A stretch of DNA of 57,575 nt from an uncultured virus (IMG/VR IMGVR_UViG_3300035670_000052) (lineage: Duplodnaviria; Heunggongvirae; Uroviricota; Caudoviricetes): positions 62,001 through 119,575 of the IMG/VR virus record IMGVR_UViG_3300035670_000052; one strand, given 5' to 3'. Shown here piece after piece: positions 54,908 to 57,575 of this stretch. Position 1 is the stretch's first letter. The number at the start of each line of letters is the position of its first letter. The position numbers and the translations under genes were made by a program. The notes under the pieces are model-generated. The model saw nothing but the letters and a program-made list of their open reading frames with translations. It was not told the DNA's origin and made no database searches.

Positions 54908-55102
54908 ATGACTTCCACAATTCCTGCTTGTAAAGATTGTAAGCACTTCCAAGAAAGTCCTGATGAGATGTTTAGCACTTGTGCTCTTTATCAGTATGAG
55001 CAAATTGATTACTTCAACAGCAAAGTGAGTGAGTATAATTGTCTTGCTCTTGCTATGAGGGATAGAGAAAAATATTCTGGACTTGTAGGAGACCCACAAT
55101 GA
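54908..55102 (+). CDS. Cys-rich hypothetical protein
   Basis: CKDCKHF...C. Confidence 0.6.
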   Translation: MTSTIPACKDCKHFQESPDEMFSTCALYQYEQIDYFNSKVSEYNCLALAMRDREKYSGLVGDPQ

Positions 55103-55266
55103 TTGAAATCCAAAAGAACTACAAACTCACACTCACAGAGCAACAAGCAAAAGAACTCTATGAATTTTTGAGAGGAGCAAAGGATTGTGGTCATCTATCT
55201 ACTGACCGAGATTTGGTGCTTGTCTATCACGAACTCAAAAAACTCTTTGATAGTGGAATACGATGA
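55099..55266 (+). CDS. Hypothetical protein (55 aa)
   Basis: MIEIQKNYKLTLTEQQAKELY; ATGA overlaps at both ends. Confidence 0.6.
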   Translation: MIEIQKNYKLTLTEQQAKELYEFLRGAKDCGHLSTDRDLVLVYHELKKLFDSGIR

Positions 55267-55481
55267 AGAACTACCGCATCAAAAAAGAAACTTATGGTGA
55301 TACTACAAAGTATTATCCACAAGAGAAATTTTTGTGGTGGTGGTATAATCTCTTTGCTTTTGATGTTTATTTTGATGGTGGATATGATACTCTGGAAAAA
55401 GCACAGAAAAACTTGTGTATCTACTGTAGGGGAACTATGGTAGAATATATTAACTTTAACCCTAATGAGGATTGTAAATGA
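55263..55481 (+). CDS. Hypothetical protein
   Basis: YYPQEKFLWWW motif. Confidence 0.65.
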   Translation: MKNYRIKKETYGDTTKYYPQEKFLWWWYNLFAFDVYFDGGYDTLEKAQKNLCIYCRGTMVEYINFNPNEDCK

Positions 55482-55819
55482 CTGCTGATTACAAACAACT
55501 TGCTCAAGAACTTTACAGGGTACTCAACAGATTTAGATGTTGGTCCCCAGAAATAGATGATGTTATCTCAAAATACGAATACGCAACAACCAGAGGAACT
55601 GGACGAACCACTGCTCTCTATATGAAAGCAATCACAGAAGCACTTGAAAATCCTGGTAAGAGTGTGGAGTTTATTGACCATTATCCTCATACTTTTCTTA
55701 GTGCTAAAAGTCACGGAAGCAATCTGGCAAATATTATTATTAAACTGGGATATGATATTGCGGTTACTGTTCCTTCTGGAGATGGAAGAGTGTTTCTTTA
55801 CAATAAGTTTGGACAATAA
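55478..55819 (+). CDS. Hypothetical protein with P-loop-like motif
   Basis: RGTGRTT. Confidence 0.65.
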   Translation: MTADYKQLAQELYRVLNRFRCWSPEIDDVISKYEYATTRGTGRTTALYMKAITEALENPGKSVEFIDHYPHTFLSAKSHGSNLANIIIKLGYDIAVTVPSGDGRVFLYNKFGQ

Positions 55820-55877
55820 GGACACTTACTAAATTGGCACAAGGGCACTTGAAATCAGGTGCCTTTTGTCGCATAAT
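55820..55877 (+). repeat. Early promoter stem-loop repeat copy 7
   Basis: GGACACTTACTAAATTGGCAC-AAGGGCACTTGAAATCAGGTGCCTTTT-CATAAT. Confidence 0.85.
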
Positions 55878-55900
55878 ACTTCTATACACACAGAAGACTG

Positions 55901-56194
55901 ATGACTGCTGAACGCATTACAATCAAAGAAAGCAAAGATTTTTGTTACTATGGTGAGTTTTATGGTTCAATAGACAAAATCATTTCCACACTCCAAAGGT
56001 GCAAAGAACAGGGTTGGGAAGGTATTGATTATGATTATGATTATGGGAATGGAGGAAAAGACTACTATGTCTACAAAACCCGACTTGAAAATGATGAAGA
56101 GTATGAAAAGAGAGTGAAACAAGAAGAGCAACAAAAAGAAAATCGTCGTAAACAATATGAACAACTCAAAAAGGAGTTTGGTAAGGACACTTGA
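55901..56194 (+). CDS. Hypothetical protein (single-gene cassette between repeats 7 and 8)
   Basis: RLENDEEYEKR...YEQLKKEFG; ends KDT* inside the repeat. Confidence 0.75.
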   Translation: MTAERITIKESKDFCYYGEFYGSIDKIISTLQRCKEQGWEGIDYDYDYGNGGKDYYVYKTRLENDEEYEKRVKQEEQQKENRRKQYEQLKKEFGKDT

Positions 56195-56242
56195 AGAACC
56201 GTCACAAGGGCACTTGAAATCAGGTGCCTTTTGTTGTATAAT
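56185..56242 (+). repeat. Early promoter stem-loop repeat copy 8
   Basis: GGACACTTGAAGAACCGTCAC-AAGGGCACTTGAAATCAGGTGCCTTTT-TATAAT. Confidence 0.85.
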
Positions 56243-56265
56243 GACTTCATACGCACAGAAACCTA

Positions 56266-56541
56266 ATGAAAGTATTTTCTTTATACTACAACGATGAGTT
56301 CGTAGCATCTTTTCCCACAAAAGAAAGTGCTATTTTCTATGGTAAGCAATTCTATGAGGATGGATGGTCTTGTAATATTGTAGAAGAGTATTTGAGTAAA
56401 TCTCCACTACTTTATAGCACTCCTTATACTCCTCTCACAAATCCAAATCCTATTCCTTATACAATTCCTCCTATAGTTTCAAAACCACCTGCGAAGTATC
56501 CTGACACTTATCCTCATATCTATTGTGATGGAACCAAATGA
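56266..56541 (+). CDS. Hypothetical protein with proline-rich tail
   Basis: First ATG after the repeat leader. Confidence 0.65.
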   Translation: MKVFSLYYNDEFVASFPTKESAIFYGKQFYEDGWSCNIVEEYLSKSPLLYSTPYTPLTNPNPIPYTIPPIVSKPPAKYPDTYPHIYCDGTK

Positions 56542-56909
56542 AATGTAAATACTGGGATTGTGGGTTCTGTTATGCACCAGTAGATGTAGAAACCAACGCA
56601 ACTCAAGGTGGATGTTTTGAACCAGAATATTGCCCTTATAAGAAATCACAAATGACTAATCAACAACTCCCTGATATTATTGAAATCGGTGGTGTAAAAT
56701 ACCAACGAGTAGAAGAACCAAAACCACAGACACTCTTTGAGATTATCCGTGAGTGGTGTGATGATGATAATCAACCAACTTGCGAAGAACTTGTGAGTAG
56801 GATTGAGACGGGATGGTTGCCTAATGAAGGTTGCCACGAACTAAACAGTAATGATTATTGTGAGGGTTGGAATGATTGCATAGAACATCTAAAAGAGAAC
56901 CTCAAATGA
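56538..56909 (+). CDS. Hypothetical protein (Cys-rich N-terminus, GVKYQRVEEPKPQTL module)
   Basis: ATGA-coupled. Confidence 0.65.
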   Translation: MKCKYWDCGFCYAPVDVETNATQGGCFEPEYCPYKKSQMTNQQLPDIIEIGGVKYQRVEEPKPQTLFEIIREWCDDDNQPTCEELVSRIETGWLPNEGCHELNSNDYCEGWNDCIEHLKENLK

Positions 56910-57112
56910 CTGAAATACCAGAACCAAAAAAGTGGAGTGAGACTTACGATAAAGAACTCACACTTGAAGAACTATTTCAACTGATTGGTGATGTTGAGTG
57001 GAACTTAAAGGATTATATTTGGGAACTTAAACAAGAAGTTGAAGAACTAAAAAAATTAGCACACTTTCACGACGATATGTATACTGAAAAAGGTGAATTG
57101 ATTAGAAAATGA
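56906..57112 (+). CDS. Hypothetical protein
   Basis: ATGA-coupled. Confidence 0.6.
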   Translation: MTEIPEPKKWSETYDKELTLEELFQLIGDVEWNLKDYIWELKQEVEELKKLAHFHDDMYTEKGELIRK

Positions 57113-57570
57113 CTGACGAACAAGGAAACTTGGAATGGGAAGAACTACGACTTCAAATAGAACAAAAAGCAAAAGAAATTGGAGACATTGTGAACATTCT
57201 TGAACGAAGGAGACAAAAACTTAAAGAAATCAACGACACAAACAAAGCAGTAGAGAACAAACGGAAAGAAAATCTTATTAGTGACCTACAATCCAAAAAC
57301 TGGTATGTGAATATGAGGGAATTTATGTATCCAAAGGTGGAAGTGGTTGATGATGAAATTGTTACGATTAATGGTGTAAAGTATCAACGAGTAGAAGAAC
57401 CAAAACCACAGACACTTTTTCAGCATTTGAATTCTTTTGGTATTGTTGGTGCTGAAGGCATCTGTAATATTGTAAGAGGTTGGTTGATTGACAACACAGT
57501 AATTGAAACTGAAGATGCTGAAAAGGTTACATTTACTATTCATAAAGAACAATTACAAACACCAAAATGA
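57109..57570 (+). CDS. Hypothetical protein (coiled coil, GVKYQRVEEPKPQTL module)
   Basis: ATGA-coupled. Confidence 0.65.
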   Translation: MTDEQGNLEWEELRLQIEQKAKEIGDIVNILERRRQKLKEINDTNKAVENKRKENLISDLQSKNWYVNMREFMYPKVEVVDDEIVTINGVKYQRVEEPKPQTLFQHLNSFGIVGAEGICNIVRGWLIDNTVIETEDAEKVTFTIHKEQLQTPK

Positions 57571-57575
57571 CTAAC

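Noticed and set aside
47551..56242. Repeats as a CRISPR array
   Set aside because: Spacers are 0.3-3.9 kb and gene-containing, each repeat ends in a -10 box, and no cas genes are present
1..57575. Stop-codon reassignment
   Set aside because: Core genes are full length under the standard code, and TAA, TAG and TGA all terminate conserved genes

Overview
Window from a T4-like myovirus, most likely a cyanophage (Kyanoviridae-type). This is inferred from gene order and cyanophage-typical small genes; no photosynthesis marker gene lies in the window. Layout: (1) 0.76-1.33 kb compact regulatory module: NtcA-type box, sigma70 promoter, tandem glutamine-riboswitch-like aptamers (the second carrying a 50-codon ORF inside its P2 loop), a YRG/DUF4278 peptide, a basic peptide and a terminator; (2) 1.4-6.3 kb nucleotide and replication genes thyX, phoH, exonuclease, gp33, gp59, gp32; (3) 6.3-18.4 kb baseplate/tail genes gp53, gp48, gp2, gp4, gp54-like, gp26, gp51, tape-measure-like, tail lysozyme, gp27-like, gp5; (4) 18.4-30.8 kb two giant Gly-X-Gln collagen-like fibres, one with five reelin-like repeats, plus a NIDO-like protein; (5) 30.8-31.5 kb Phd-like ORF, an atypical tRNA-Ile(UAU), a pseudoknot-forming spacer and a degenerate tRNA-Leu(UAA); (6) 31.9-43.6 kb tail fibres and a Gly-rich adhesin interleaved with 2OG-Fe(II) oxygenases and a DUF3431-like gene; (7) 43.7-57.6 kb early/hyperplastic region: an SF2 helicase and about 50 small translationally coupled ORFs punctuated by eight copies of a dyad+hairpin+TATAAT promoter repeat. 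The most notable candidates are the nitrogen-sensing module, a possible -1 frameshift joining gp26 and gp51, and the repeat-bounded cassette array. All family assignments are by eye from motifs and synteny; no searches were run.
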